Shown here piece after piece: positions 1-10,161 of a stretch of DNA of 64,000 nt. Source of the stretch: an uncultured Spirochaetales bacterium. GTDB lineage: Bacteria > Spirochaetota > Spirochaetia > JABEVK01. Positions within the stretch are counted from its first letter, which is position 1. Each line of letters opens with the position of its first letter. The notes under the pieces are model-generated. The model was not told the DNA's origin. It worked only from the letters and a program-made list of their open reading frames with translations, and did no database searches. The stretch lies in contig CAYYUZ010000002.1 in NCBI GenBank assembly GCA_964475005.1, positions 9,272 to 73,271 on the forward strand, in the 5' to 3' direction. The position numbers and the translations under genes are program-made.

Positions 1-125
1 AGCATTAAGGATTTTGTCAAAATGAATGTTAGATCAGTCCAAGATTTCGTTTGTACGGTCATTGACTCCCGCGTCAATTTCCTTCACAACAAAGAGACAA
101 CGGTCAACGCCGAAGGGGGAAGTTC

Positions 126-455
126 ATGAGGTTCTTCATAAACACCATGGAGGTCGTACGATTCAAAGATCTCGGTTGGGGACCCTATGAAGGCCAGTCT
201 TCGCGAGAAGTCGCCGAGACAAAATGGACAGACCTGCGGCGCTTGGCAGAGACGGAAGTCAGGGCGATCAAGTCCAAAGGTAAAAAGGATTTGGATTCAA
301 CCTCACCCGAGTTTGCCGCAATCGTCACCAAACACCTTGAAGAAGACTTGGTTCCCGCCTTTCTCGCTGCTCTGACCGAGGGACAACACCCCAAATGGTA
401 CTTCGGTGACGTCCCGAATCCTTCAAGCAAGAAGCCGAAAGTCCGGCTTTCCTGA
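126..455 (+). CDS. hypothetical protein (109 aa), no recognisable domain
   Basis: ORF with balanced amino-acid composition. The antisense ORF 185..532 is S/R-rich and looks spurious. A 35-codon upstream ORF (22..129) overlaps its ATG via ATGA. Confidence 0.35.
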   Translation: MRFFINTMEVVRFKDLGWGPYEGQSSREVAETKWTDLRRLAETEVRAIKSKGKKDLDSTSPEFAAIVTKHLEEDLVPAFLAALTEGQHPKWYFGDVPNPSSKKPKVRLS

Positions 456-497
456 CGCGGACCGGCGCCCTGGTTCGATGAAACCTGGCGCCGGGAG

Positions 498-1343
498 TCA
501 GTCGTTCCAGAACCATGAAAGTTTCTCGGCAATCGACAGGGCCTGCAACCTGGCCGCCTTGGCTACTGGGGCCCGGAGGAGAGGGTCGACGGCGTTGCCG
601 CCGGCATGGCGAAGGACCGACAGGACGTTCTGGTCTGGCTGGATCACCTCAACTTCGGCCCCCGACCGGCGAAGGAGCGCAACCTGATCGTCGAGGGTAT
701 AGGGCGTCGGAATGGGAAGGCCGACAGAAAGGATCAGGACCTTTTGATAGGAGGCCGCGAGGTCGGCGTTTTCCATGGAATAGACGCCCCCGTCGCAGTA
801 CAGACGTTCGCCAATCGCGACCGCGGGGTAGGCCGCCGGGAGCGCGCTGCTGGCGGCGACGGCCCGGATCAGATCGACGCAGGATTCCCGCGTCCAAAGC
901 ACTCGCCCTCCAGACTGGATGTCGACCCCGACCACTCCCAACCGTGACGGCCAGGTTGAAAGCTGAAGCCTTTGGGCGACCTCCCTGAGCCTTTGGGCTT
1001 CTGAGACCGTCATAGCAGCGGACAAGGCGCCCAGACCTAAGATCCACTCTTGGGGGGATTTGGCCTGGTTCCGAATCTGCGCATAGAGCTGAAGCAACGT
1101 GGCCGCTTCAACAGGGCTCGGCAGGTAGTGATTTTCGAGGAGCGGGTCGACCTGACGCGCCCAGATTTCCTCCCAGGCCAAACTCGAGGCGACCACCGCA
1201 CCCACCTGTGACCCCGCGGAAGTGCCGAGGATGAAGTCGACCTCACGGGCGTCGAACCCAGCCTCAGCCAGTCCAACAAGGATTCCGCTTTGCCAACCGA
1301 TCCCATACGATCCTCCCCCACCCAATACCAAAGACCTTTTCAT
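498..1343 (-). CDS. patatin-like phospholipase
   Basis: N-terminal glycine-rich loop LVLGGGGSYG, GTSAG (GxSxG nucleophile) and DGG aspartate motif. ATG at 1341-1343 preceded by a GGGAGG RBS. Confidence 0.8.
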   Translation of the reverse strand: MKRSLVLGGGGSYGIGWQSGILVGLAEAGFDAREVDFILGTSAGSQVGAVVASSLAWEEIWARQVDPLLENHYLPSPVEAATLLQLYAQIRNQAKSPQEWILGLGALSAAMTVSEAQRLREVAQRLQLSTWPSRLGVVGVDIQSGGRVLWTRESCVDLIRAVAASSALPAAYPAVAIGERLYCDGGVYSMENADLAASYQKVLILSVGLPIPTPYTLDDQVALLRRSGAEVEVIQPDQNVLSVLRHAGGNAVDPLLRAPVAKAARLQALSIAEKLSWFWND

Positions 1344-1432
1344 GATTGCCTCCCGGAACTTGACGTCCCAGAGGAGAGGCTACAAATTGATGAGGACAGA
1401 TTCAGTCACCAATCCGAGTAGGGAGCTAAGAA

Positions 1433-2365
1433 ATGTATCACCCCACTGGTCGGGTCCTGACCGTCCTTGAATTGTTACAGTCCCGTCCCTTGATCACCGG
1501 GATGGAAATTGCCGACAAACTTGAATGCGACATCCGGACTGTCCGGCGCTACATCGGAAAGCTCCTAGACGTGGGTATTCCCGTCGAATCGGTGCCAGGT
1601 CCTTCAGGAGGATACCTGCTCAGACCGGGGTTTCGACTGCCTCCCCTGATCTTCACCGAAGAAGAGGCCGCCGCCGTCGTCCTTGGCCTCGTCGCAACCC
1701 CTTGGCTCCGTGTGTCACTCCCTAGCGCCGCCATCGAATCGGCGTTGTCGAAAATTTCCCGCGTCCTCCCGACCAAGACCCGCAACCAGGTCGAAATCCT
1801 CAGCAAGCTTCTGGTGATGCCAGTCGACACGACGGGTAGCCTCGATACCGATCTCCTCCTGGGCGTGTGCCAAGCCTCCAGGGATTCCCGATGCCTCCGC
1901 GTGGAGTACCTTTCGCGCGAGGCGACTCTGCGCACCATCGAACCCTACGGTGTAGCTGGCCACGACGGACGATGGTACCTTGTGGGTTTCTGTCAACTGA
2001 GAAAGGGCATCCGGGTCTTCCGGCTTGACCGAATTCAAAGTGCTGTTGTTCTTGACGAGCGTTTCGAGCGTCCTGCAACCTTTGACCTCGAAAAATACAT
2101 CGATGAAGCCTTGGAATCGCAGCGCTGGAAAGTCAAACTCCGTTTTCGCGCGGCCCCAGAAGCGGTTCGAGCCTCCCTTGGACAGCGGGGAACAATCACG
2201 GCGACCTCGATCGGGTGCGACTACGAAGGACAAGCCTCGGACCTCGATCTGCTAGCGCGGCAACTGTTGCTGAGCCGGCTATCCCTTGAGCAGATTCAAC
2301 CTCAAGAACTCAAAGACGCTTTTCGTGTCCTTGCCGAGGAGGCTCTTCGGTCGGCCCTGGACTAA
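1433..2365 (+). CDS. WYL-domain transcriptional regulator (wHTH-WYL-WCX architecture, PafBC/BrxR/CapW-like)
   Basis: N-terminal HTH (VLTVLELLQSRPLITGMEIADKLECDIRTVRRYI) and central WYL region (RTIEPYGVAGHDGRWYLVGFCQLRKGIRVFRLDRI). GGGAG RBS before ATG 1433. Divergent from the patatin gene. Confidence 0.8.
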   Translation: MYHPTGRVLTVLELLQSRPLITGMEIADKLECDIRTVRRYIGKLLDVGIPVESVPGPSGGYLLRPGFRLPPLIFTEEEAAAVVLGLVATPWLRVSLPSAAIESALSKISRVLPTKTRNQVEILSKLLVMPVDTTGSLDTDLLLGVCQASRDSRCLRVEYLSREATLRTIEPYGVAGHDGRWYLVGFCQLRKGIRVFRLDRIQSAVVLDERFERPATFDLEKYIDEALESQRWKVKLRFRAAPEAVRASLGQRGTITATSIGCDYEGQASDLDLLARQLLLSRLSLEQIQPQELKDAFRVLAEEALRSALD

Positions 2366-2488
2366 CAGAGTCGAACCTATCGTCCTTTCTAGACTCCCGA
2401 ATCATGCTAAAAAGTGTGGAAAATTGGGAGTATCAGGATCAACGGACATGGGCTTAAGCTCACTCATCGTTTTTTGAGAGAGGGCCCC

Positions 2489-4330
2489 ATGCCGCTCCGC
2501 TGGAAACTCACACTTCTGGTACTGCTTTCCTTCGTTGTTCTGGCCCTTTGCGGCCTTCTCTACACCTCGCTGATGGCTCCCGTCAATCAAATCCGCCAAG
2601 AAACCTCGTCTCTTCAGCAACTCAAGGATGAGGTGCTGATCGAGAGAATGACCCTGAACCGACTCCCAATCGTCGGGTTGCAGGAGGGTCTGGCCAACCT
2701 TCAGGAAGCGCATGCGGCGACGGCAACCGCTACCGACGCGGTTTCGAATCTGAAGACGCTGACGGCCGCCGACAAGGACATCGCGACCGCGCTCACTTTG
2801 GTCGTGGGCTTCAGCCACAAGGCCAACGAACGATTCTCTATCCTCCTGACCGTCACCGACAATCTGAAGTCGGTGGCCGAGGCGGTCGGGGCGAACCCTA
2901 ACAATCTGGAACTCTACTCGTTTTTGGCGAGTCCCGAGGTCTTGGCCAGCCCCAAGAAACTTCTGGCCGCATCGGTGGTCGAGCAGCTCAAGGGCGCGAT
3001 CAACAAAACCGATGCCTGGTACAACAGCCTCTCCACGATGCTCAACCTCCAGTTTGACAAGATCAGCGGTCTAGTCTCCAAAATCGAACAGCGCGCCACC
3101 CTCACCTCAGGAATCATCGTCTTGGTCATCGCTCTGGCGGCCTTCTTCCTCATCCTCCTTCTGGCCGGACGCGTTTCGCGGACCATCATCCGGCTGGGAA
3201 CCGAAGTCCGAGCGCTCAGGGACGGCGACCTTACCCGCACCTTCAGCCAGAAGCTCAACGACGAAGTGGGTCAGTTGGGCCGCGATATGGACACCTTCTT
3301 GGCCCGCCACCGCGAGGTTGTCCGCAACATTCAGAACGTGGCCGCCGAAAATCACCTCGTGAAAGACGACCTCGACGCCGCCCAGACCCAGGCCGGCGAC
3401 GCTTCCAAGCTCCTCGACGAGTCGGTGGACGCCGTAGGACTTCAGATGCAGGAACTCAGGGGCGGACTTCAGTCAGTGCGCCAGGCCATCGAGGTCATCG
3501 ACCGGAACCTGGAACGGCAGACAACGTCGATCAACAGGCAAAACAGCCAGGTGCAGGACTCCACAGCGGCGGTGAATCAGATGCAGGCCAGCATCGACAG
3601 CATCCACCGGCTTACCAAGGCGAGGCTTGAAAACGTGAAGACCCTTGTTGACGCGGCGCACGAAGGTGGCGACAAGCTCGACCACACCAACGAGCTTATC
3701 CGCGCCGTGAACACCTCGGTCGCTGGAATTCAGGAAATGGCCGACATCATCAGCGAGATCTCCAGCCAGACCAACCTCCTGGCGATGAACGCCGCCATCG
3801 AAGCCGCCCACGCGGGCGAAGCAGGGCGCGGTTTTTCGGTGGTAGCCGACGAAATCCGCAAACTCGCCGAGGCATCTTCGGGAAACTCCAAACAGATCAG
3901 CGCCACCCTCAACTCCATCGTGACCACCATAGGCGAAGCGTTCCGCTCCAGCGCCGACACCAACACGAGTTTTCTACGCATTCAATCAGACATTCAGCAG
4001 GTGGCGCACGCCCTCGACGAGATCGCCAGCCAAGTGACAGAATTCAGCCTGGGGGGGCAGCAGATCTCTGAAGCCATGGCAGGTCTTCAAGAGCTTAGCC
4101 ACGCGGTAACCCAAGGAAATGAAGAGATGGCCCAGGCCACCCAAACGACCAACCAGGTGCTCCGATCGGTCGAACACGTTACAGGCGAGGTGGCGGAAGC
4201 CTTGGACCAACTGGGAGAGGCCAGCGCCACTCTCGGACGCTCCACCGAGGCGGTCGACGGTTTGCTAGACCGCATCAATGCCGTGGCCGATTCCCTGTCT
4301 GCGGAAACTGCCAAGTTCAAAACGGAGTAG
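2489..4330 (+). CDS. methyl-accepting chemotaxis protein (HAMP plus MCP signalling domain)
   Basis: Highly conserved MCP signalling motif [35 protein letters not shown]-terminal TM helices. Start moved to ATG 2489 (GAGAGGG RBS) inside the GTG-initiated ORF 2414..4330. Confidence 0.85.
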   Translation: MPLRWKLTLLVLLSFVVLALCGLLYTSLMAPVNQIRQETSSLQQLKDEVLIERMTLNRLPIVGLQEGLANLQEAHAATATATDAVSNLKTLTAADKDIATALTLVVGFSHKANERFSILLTVTDNLKSVAEAVGANPNNLELYSFLASPEVLASPKKLLAASVVEQLKGAINKTDAWYNSLSTMLNLQFDKISGLVSKIEQRATLTSGIIVLVIALAAFFLILLLAGRVSRTIIRLGTEVRALRDGDLTRTFSQKLNDEVGQLGRDMDTFLARHREVVRNIQNVAAENHLVKDDLDAAQTQAGDASKLLDESVDAVGLQMQELRGGLQSVRQAIEVIDRNLERQTTSINRQNSQVQDSTAAVNQMQASIDSIHRLTKARLENVKTLVDAAHEGGDKLDHTNELIRAVNTSVAGIQEMADIISEISSQTNLLAMNAAIEAAHAGEAGRGFSVVADEIRKLAEASSGNSKQISATLNSIVTTIGEAFRSSADTNTSFLRIQSDIQQVAHALDEIASQVTEFSLGGQQISEAMAGLQELSHAVTQGNEEMAQATQTTNQVLRSVEHVTGEVAEALDQLGEASATLGRSTEAVDGLLDRINAVADSLSAETAKFKTE

Positions 4331-4423
4331 GTTCTTTCCCCCCAGAAAATAAGACCTAACCACCGCACGGCACCTGCGGCGAGCGAAGCGAAGCCCGTGT
4401 CGAACTGGGCGACGGACACCACG

Positions 4424-5263
4424 CTAGCCCTTCACGGCACCGGCAGTGACGCCAAGGGTGATATGGCGCTGGAAGAGGAGAAAGGTCGCCAGGGGGACCA
4501 CCATCGCAATCACCAGGGCGGCACTCAGGATGGGGACACGCAGGCCGAACTCGCCTCGCATCATGGCAATTCCCACCGTGAGCGTTCTGAGGCCTTGGGT
4601 CTGAAGGATCAACAGCGAAAATGGAAGCTCGTTCCACATGGACTGAAACCCGATGATGGCGATGGTCGCAATCATGGGCATCGCCAGAGGAGCCATGACC
4701 CGAGTGAGAATTCGCAGGGGACCGGCTCCATCGATGCGCGCCGCTTCGACGAGCTCGTACGGCATATCGGCGAAATAGGTTGTCATGATATAGGTGCCAA
4801 ACGGCGCAAAGTACGCGACCCACGAAAGGATGGCCCCGAACCCTGTGTTCGTCAGGTGCATGACCGAAATCAGTTTGAAAACTTGGGTCGCCAGAAGCAG
4901 CTGCGGAAAGATCGACAAAAACAGCACAAGAAGGAACAGCGGCAGGCGCAGGGCGAACCGCATCTTGCCGAAGGCGTAGCCTGCACAGATGCAAACCGCT
5001 AGGTAAAGAACAACGGCCCCGGGAACGTACAAGAGGCTGTTGACGGTGTACCTCAGCAACCCTCCGCTAAGTGCCGCATACTCATAGTTCTCGGAAACGA
5101 TTTTCTGCGGAAAGGACAGAGGATTTGTTGTGAATTCCTCTGTCGACTTCAAGCTTGAACTGATGACGTTGTAGAGAGGAAGAAGCGATGCCACAACAAG
5201 CAAGAGCATGAGCACCTGGACGGCGACTCGGGCCCCAGGGCCGAACGGCGAGGCCTTTTTCAT
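4424..5263 (-). CDS. carbohydrate ABC transporter permease (CUT1, MalG-like)
   Basis: EAA loop motif EAARIDGAGPLRILTRVMAPLAMP. Six predicted TM segments. 4-nt overlap with the upstream permease. Confidence 0.85.
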   Translation of the reverse strand: MKKASPFGPGARVAVQVLMLLLVVASLLPLYNVISSSLKSTEEFTTNPLSFPQKIVSENYEYAALSGGLLRYTVNSLLYVPGAVVLYLAVCICAGYAFGKMRFALRLPLFLLVLFLSIFPQLLLATQVFKLISVMHLTNTGFGAILSWVAYFAPFGTYIMTTYFADMPYELVEAARIDGAGPLRILTRVMAPLAMPMIATIAIIGFQSMWNELPFSLLILQTQGLRTLTVGIAMMRGEFGLRVPILSAALVIAMVVPLATFLLFQRHITLGVTAGAVKG

Positions 5264-6180
5264 GCGTCTCTCCTTCGCATCAAGCGGATCTGAACAATCG
5301 AGATCACGGCGCAGAACACAAACAAGACCATGGACCAGGCGCTTGCGTAACCGACGTGAAATTTCTGGAACCCCTGGTCGAAGATGCCATACTCCAACGT
5401 GAACGTGCTGTAGCCTGGCCCGCCTTGGGTAAGGGTATAGATGAACGAGAACATGCGCGCAAAGACTTCAATGAAGTTGAAGACCACGAAAAACTCGATC
5501 GCGAAGCTGATGCTGGGAACTGTGACTTTGGAGAAGGTCTTCCAGAAGCCGGCGCCATCGATCACGGCGGCTTCGTAGATTGACTGGTCGATGCCGTTCA
5601 TCGCCGCCAGAAAGTAAATGATGCCAAAGCCAAGGTGCAACCACACAACCAGGATCAATCCTATGGAATTCACTGCAAGAAACGGATTGATCAAGAAATG
5701 AATTGGTTCGCCAATGGCCCCTCTGATCAGAGCGTTCAGAGTGCCGTCGTCGCGAAGGTAAATCGAGAAGATGACACCCATGATGACGTAACCCAGAAGG
5801 TTAGGAATGTAGAGGATGGCACGGTAGGTTTTCCACCCCCGAATTCCTTCACGCATCAGGGCGGCAATGAAGATGGTGAACAAAGTTCCTAGCGGAATAT
5901 AAAGGACAAAGAGGCCCGTATTGAGAATGGAGGTCCAGAACGCTTGGTCCTGAAACATCTGCTCGTAGTTCGAAAGGCCGATCCATTTCTGAGACCCGTA
6001 ACCTTTCCATTCCGTAAAACTGGCGAACAGGTTCATCGCCACCGGATAGAGGATAAAGACAGACAGGAGGATAAGAAGCGGTGCCAGAAACAAGAACGGC
6101 GCAAAGCCGTCGGTCTCCAAGCCTCGATGTCGCATAGGCTTTCCCTCATGAAGGCGGGGTGAGGCTTCAAAAGGCCCCAC
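5260..6180 (-). CDS. carbohydrate ABC transporter permease (CUT1, MalF-like)
   Basis: EAAVIDGAGFWKTFSKVTVP permease signature and multiple TM helices. Confidence 0.85.
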   Translation of the reverse strand: MGPFEASPRLHEGKPMRHRGLETDGFAPFLFLAPLLILLSVFILYPVAMNLFASFTEWKGYGSQKWIGLSNYEQMFQDQAFWTSILNTGLFVLYIPLGTLFTIFIAALMREGIRGWKTYRAILYIPNLLGYVIMGVIFSIYLRDDGTLNALIRGAIGEPIHFLINPFLAVNSIGLILVVWLHLGFGIIYFLAAMNGIDQSIYEAAVIDGAGFWKTFSKVTVPSISFAIEFFVVFNFIEVFARMFSFIYTLTQGGPGYSTFTLEYGIFDQGFQKFHVGYASAWSMVLFVFCAVISIVQIRLMRRRDA

Positions 6181-6195
6181 CCCTGTGTGATTTCG

Positions 6196-7458
6196 TTACT
6201 TCTTCGTCGTGAGTTTTTGATACTCGGCAATGAACTGGTCGACGCTAAGCCCGCCAGTGATGAACAGCTGATCGAGCAGCCGGTTCGAATCGTCCTCGTA
6301 CCCGTTGTAGAACAAAGGAGGGTAGTCCTTCTGACTGTTCTTGAGGTACTTCTGGATATCTTTCAGCACGGGGTAGGCGGGATCGGAGCCCGAGGCAGCC
6401 GTGTTCGGAGAAAGAGCGCCGGTAGCAGCCGCGTAGATCTTCGCGCCCTCGCCGGTTGTCGCAAACTTGACGTAGGCGGCGGCCAGTTTCTCGTTCTTCG
6501 TCCATTTCATGACGCCGTAGCCGATGCCGGCTCCCTGGGCGACCTGCTGGTCTTTGTACTTGCCATTGGGGAAGTTGACGGCGGCAAAATAGCCGACGTT
6601 GTTGGCACCAAGTTTGTCCGAGAAAACCTTCCAGTTGCCGACATCAGAGAGCAAGCCCACGAACATGGCTCCACCACCGGCAGCGAACTTGTCGATACCG
6701 TCCATGAAGTACGGACGAGAGAATCCGTCTTTCTCGACGTAGCCTTTGTCAATCAGATCCTTGAGGAAGGTCAGGCTCGCCTTGAACACAGGGTTGTCGA
6801 ATTTCTGCGAGCCGTCGGTCAGGCCAACCACGTTGGGGCCGTAGGCGTTGGCCACAGCACAACGGAGGAAGAAGTCGATGGTGTAGGTTTGTCCAGAGGT
6901 GACGGGAACAAAACCGGCGGCCTTCAGTTTCTCACAGGCGGCCAGGAATTCCTTGGGCGTCTTGGGGGCTTTCTCGGGGTCGAGGCCGGCCTTCTTGAAG
7001 TAGGCCTTGTTGTAATAAATTCCGAAGCCCTGCATGGTCATCGGCAACAGCTTGACGGGGGCGCCAAGCTTGCCGCCGATCGAGACCATCTCGATGCTGG
7101 CCTGGGTAAACTGTCCCTTCACGTCTTTGATATAGGGACCCAAGTCGACGAGGATATCGTCAAAGCCGTACTCTCGGGCGCCAGGGTGGAACATGGCGAC
7201 GTCAGGACCGTCGTTGGCGGTCGCCGCGCTCTGAATGATTTGGTAGTACTGGGGTTCCAGAGGCTGCGACACATGGTTGACTTTGACACCGGGGTTCGCT
7301 TTCTCGAACAGCGCGTCGATTTGCTTCATGGGGGCCTGGGCGCCACCGGGGTTGACCTCGCCGTACTTGAAGTCCCAAACCGTGAGCGTCTGAGCGACGA
7401 GCGAACCCGCCGCAAAAAGGAACGCGAGACCGAGACCGAGGATGATTCTCTTCATCAT
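6196..7458 (-). CDS. ABC transporter extracellular solute-binding protein (family 1, sugar)
   Basis: Signal peptide MMKRIILGLGLAFLFAAGSLVAQ. Start placed at ATG 7458 with an AAGGAGG RBS; the ORF-track start at 7860 is too far upstream. Confidence 0.85.
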   Translation of the reverse strand: MMKRIILGLGLAFLFAAGSLVAQTLTVWDFKYGEVNPGGAQAPMKQIDALFEKANPGVKVNHVSQPLEPQYYQIIQSAATANDGPDVAMFHPGAREYGFDDILVDLGPYIKDVKGQFTQASIEMVSIGGKLGAPVKLLPMTMQGFGIYYNKAYFKKAGLDPEKAPKTPKEFLAACEKLKAAGFVPVTSGQTYTIDFFLRCAVANAYGPNVVGLTDGSQKFDNPVFKASLTFLKDLIDKGYVEKDGFSRPYFMDGIDKFAAGGGAMFVGLLSDVGNWKVFSDKLGANNVGYFAAVNFPNGKYKDQQVAQGAGIGYGVMKWTKNEKLAAAYVKFATTGEGAKIYAAATGALSPNTAASGSDPAYPVLKDIQKYLKNSQKDYPPLFYNGYEDDSNRLLDQLFITGGLSVDQFIAEYQKLTTKK

Positions 7459-7517
7459 CAACTCCTCCTTATAGAAACGTAATGGGGTCACTGTGGGACC
7501 ACTTTCCCCAGCGGTAA

Positions 7518-9407
7518 ATGGAGGGGATTGCGTCACTTCATGGACAAAATTCAAGGCCCGCCCGTCACGGGCCCGTGGTATTATTCGCCGTGGCTCGCTA
7601 TCGCACGGTTCGCGGGAACATCTTCCTTTGGGTCTCCATTCTCCTCGTCTGCGTTTTGTTGGCCTTCTCGCTCGTGGTTTACGACTATGCGTCGTCGGTG
7701 GCTCGTGAGCGGTTTTCCGACGCCCTGACTTCCCTGTCCAAATCGGTGATGGCCAACCTCGACGCCCAGGTTGCCGAGTTGAACCGACTGGGACTGACGC
7801 TCGTCTACTCTCAGGTGTTCCGTGGTCAGTACGCGAAACACCTGTCGATGCCCAGATCACCGGCGACAGTTCAGCAACGCATCGCCAAGCTCGAAAACAC
7901 CGAAGCGTTGATCGAAATCGGTGACACCGTACTAGGCCCCAACCAGTCCGCCCCGCAAATCAACGTCTTTGACTTTCAAGGAGAGATGATCGGGGCGGGC
8001 TACTACAGCCGGCTCATCGAACGCGACGCAAGACTCGAGCCGTGGTACCAGGAAGTTTTGGCGAAGAATGGGGAGCGGGTCATTCTTCCTCCCCATGAAG
8101 ATCCGCTTCAGGAACAGACCTCCATAGTCGTCAAGGGCAAACGCTACGTTTCCTTGCTTCGGTCGTTTCAAGATTCGCTTGTGTCGATTCGGGGCATCGT
8201 CGAGGTCATGCAGTATTGCGACGCCCTGTTTGCAGAACTCGATGCCCTGGGAAACACCGGGATCACCATTTTTGTTCTCGACGACAAAGGGAGACTTCTC
8301 TACCCCTATGAAGGACATTCCATCGGGGCGGCCGACCTTGAGATTTTGACGTCGTTGGCAAAGAAAGCGCCGATCGCCACAGGGCGTCTTCCGGGCAAGC
8401 GGGAATCGCAAATTTTTGTGACCGCGGGTTCACGAGATACGGGATGGACTGTTATCCTGGGAGAGCCCTCGGCCGGCTTGGCGTCAAGCATGCTTCAATA
8501 CACCACACGGATCGCTCTGCTCACCCTTGTCGCCATCCTGTGTTCCTTGGCGGCCTCCTACTTCATCGCGCGGCGGGTCACCGTCCCGATCAAGGCCCTC
8601 CACGCCGAAATTGAGTCCCTTGAAATCGACAACTTGCACGATCTGGCCGAACGGCCAAAGAGCTCCGACCTCAGCGAAATCGACTCCCTGAGAATGGCTT
8701 TCCGCGACATGAGGTTGAAGTTCAACGACTCCATTCAAGAAGCGATTTTGCTTCGAGCCCACGAGAAACAGGCCCAACTTGTCGCCCTGCAGTCGCAACT
8801 CAACCCGCATTTTCTCCACAACATGCTACAGACAATCGCCGTCATGGCTGAAGAAGGGAGTTTGGAGGCCATCCAAGGCCTTATCATCAACCTGTCCAAA
8901 GTTCTGCGCTACATCTCCTCCACCGAAGAGACCACCACCACCCTGAGGTCAGAAGTGGAGTGCGCCCAGAGCTACCTCGCCGCCATGCATTCAAGGTTCG
9001 GAAACAGCCTTGAATACCGGGTGGACGTTCCCGAGGCGCTGCGCGACATCGTTGTGCCCCGGCTCATCCTTCAACCCTTTCTTGAGAACTGCTTCAAGTA
9101 TGCCACGGCAAACCGCCCTCCGTGGGAAATCGTGCTCCGGGGGCGAATCGCGGGCGGCAGCTGGGAGATCGAGATCACCGACAACGGCCCCGGTTTTTCG
9201 GAAGCGACCCTCAGGGAACTGGCCAACAAGACCTCGTTGGGCGCCGAAAAAGGTGGGGGACTTACCCCGATGTCGATATCCGGCATGGGCATGCTCAATA
9301 CGGCTCAACGCCTTCGACTGTCCTTAGGAGAGACCGCCTACTTTCGGGTGAGCAATTCAGAAGCCGGCGGGGCGCGCGTTGTTCTCGGGGCCTGTCTCCA
9401 TGGGTGA
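7518..9407 (+). CDS. sensor histidine kinase, YesM/LytS-like (His_kinase plus HATPase_c)
   Basis: N-terminal TM helix, LNPHFLHNMLQTIAVMAEEG (pfam06580-type histidine region), ITDNGPGF ATP-lid motif. Start uncertain. Confidence 0.8.
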   Translation: MEGIASLHGQNSRPARHGPVVLFAVARYRTVRGNIFLWVSILLVCVLLAFSLVVYDYASSVARERFSDALTSLSKSVMANLDAQVAELNRLGLTLVYSQVFRGQYAKHLSMPRSPATVQQRIAKLENTEALIEIGDTVLGPNQSAPQINVFDFQGEMIGAGYYSRLIERDARLEPWYQEVLAKNGERVILPPHEDPLQEQTSIVVKGKRYVSLLRSFQDSLVSIRGIVEVMQYCDALFAELDALGNTGITIFVLDDKGRLLYPYEGHSIGAADLEILTSLAKKAPIATGRLPGKRESQIFVTAGSRDTGWTVILGEPSAGLASSMLQYTTRIALLTLVAILCSLAASYFIARRVTVPIKALHAEIESLEIDNLHDLAERPKSSDLSEIDSLRMAFRDMRLKFNDSIQEAILLRAHEKQAQLVALQSQLNPHFLHNMLQTIAVMAEEGSLEAIQGLIINLSKVLRYISSTEETTTTLRSEVECAQSYLAAMHSRFGNSLEYRVDVPEALRDIVVPRLILQPFLENCFKYATANRPPWEIVLRGRIAGGSWEIEITDNGPGFSEATLRELANKTSLGAEKGGGLTPMSISGMGMLNTAQRLRLSLGETAYFRVSNSEAGGARVVLGACLHG

Positions 9408-10161
9408 ACGGCGTTTTACCTTCCTTGTCGCGGAAGACGAGGAGAGAATGCGGGACTATCTGGTCCGCAAAGTCCCTGAACTCGACCCCCGCTTTGAATG
9501 CGTCGGCGCGGCGTCCGATGGAGAAGAAACCGTTGAACTTGTGGAAAGCCGTCTTCCCAGCCTTTTGCTCACCGACATCCGTATGCCCGTCCTTGGCGGA
9601 TTGGAGCTCATCGAGCGCATTCGGTCGACGAATCCCGATCTTCGGGTCGTGATCATTTCAGGGTATAGCGAGTTCGAGTACGCTCGGCGGGCCATCGAAC
9701 TGGGGGTGGACGAATACCTCCTCAAACCCGTCGACACAGACCACTTGCGCGGAACTCTCGAACGAATCCTGATCAAACTTGAGTCGTCTGCAGCCCTTGT
9801 CGAATCAGAATACGGACTGGAAGGCGCGCGGCCCGGAGACGAGGAATTGGCCAAGGCGGTGAGCCTCTTCCTCCAAGAACACTACAGGCAACCGTACTCC
9901 CTTGAACGTTTGGCAGCCCGCTTCGGCTGTAAGCCCGCGTACCTGTTGCGGCTCTATAGCCGTGTTACCGGCAGCACCCCGACTCGCGATCTGATCCGTT
10001 TGAGGATTGAGAAGGCCAAGAGGCTGCTACTGGGACACGCCCACCTCGAGGTCAAGCAAGTCGCCGCCGCCGTTGGCTACGATGACCCCCTCTATTTCTC
10101 GCGCCTCTTCAAGCGCGAAACCGGACTCAATCCGTCGGCGTTCAGGGAGTCTCAGCTCTAG
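9400..10161 (+). CDS. response regulator with AraC-type HTH output (YesN-like)
   Basis: Receiver domain (FLVAEDEE...LLTDIRMPVLGGLELI...LLKPV) plus C-terminal AraC HTH. ATG 9400 overlaps the kinase stop (9405-9407), indicating translational coupling. Confidence 0.85.
   Translation: MGERRFTFLVAEDEERMRDYLVRKVPELDPRFECVGAASDGEETVELVESRLPSLLLTDIRMPVLGGLELIERIRSTNPDLRVVIISGYSEFEYARRAIELGVDEYLLKPVDTDHLRGTLERILIKLESSAALVESEYGLEGARPGDEELAKAVSLFLQEHYRQPYSLERLAARFGCKPAYLLRLYSRVTGSTPTRDLIRLRIEKAKRLLLGHAHLEVKQVAAAVGYDDPLYFSRLFKRETGLNPSAFRESQL

Noticed and set aside
185-1047. ORF-track entries 185..532(-), 325..516(-), 406..687(+), 515..988(+), 606..947(+), 649..1047(-)
   Set aside because: They overlap or lie antisense to the patatin gene or the 126..455 ORF. 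Their compositions are Arg/Ser/Pro-rich, typical of spurious frames in high-GC DNA.
1344-1432. Sigma70 promoter call in the patatin/WYL divergent region (TTGACG ... TACAAAT)
   Set aside because: The -10 match is poor and the spacer is ambiguous. Not confident enough to annotate.
4353-4392. Short motif CCTAACCA...GCGAGCGAAGC seen both after the MCP gene (about 4353-4392) and near 20855-20880
   Set aside because: The second copy lies inside the GH3 coding sequence (it encodes ...PAASLARFG on the minus strand). The match is short and most likely coincidental, not a repeat element or terminator.
6196-7860. ORF-track 554-aa version of the solute-binding protein
   Set aside because: The N-terminal 134 codons are R/P-rich with no RBS. 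A canonical signal peptide (MMKRIILGLGL...) with an AAGGAGG RBS begins at 7458, so the gene was shortened to 6196..7458.
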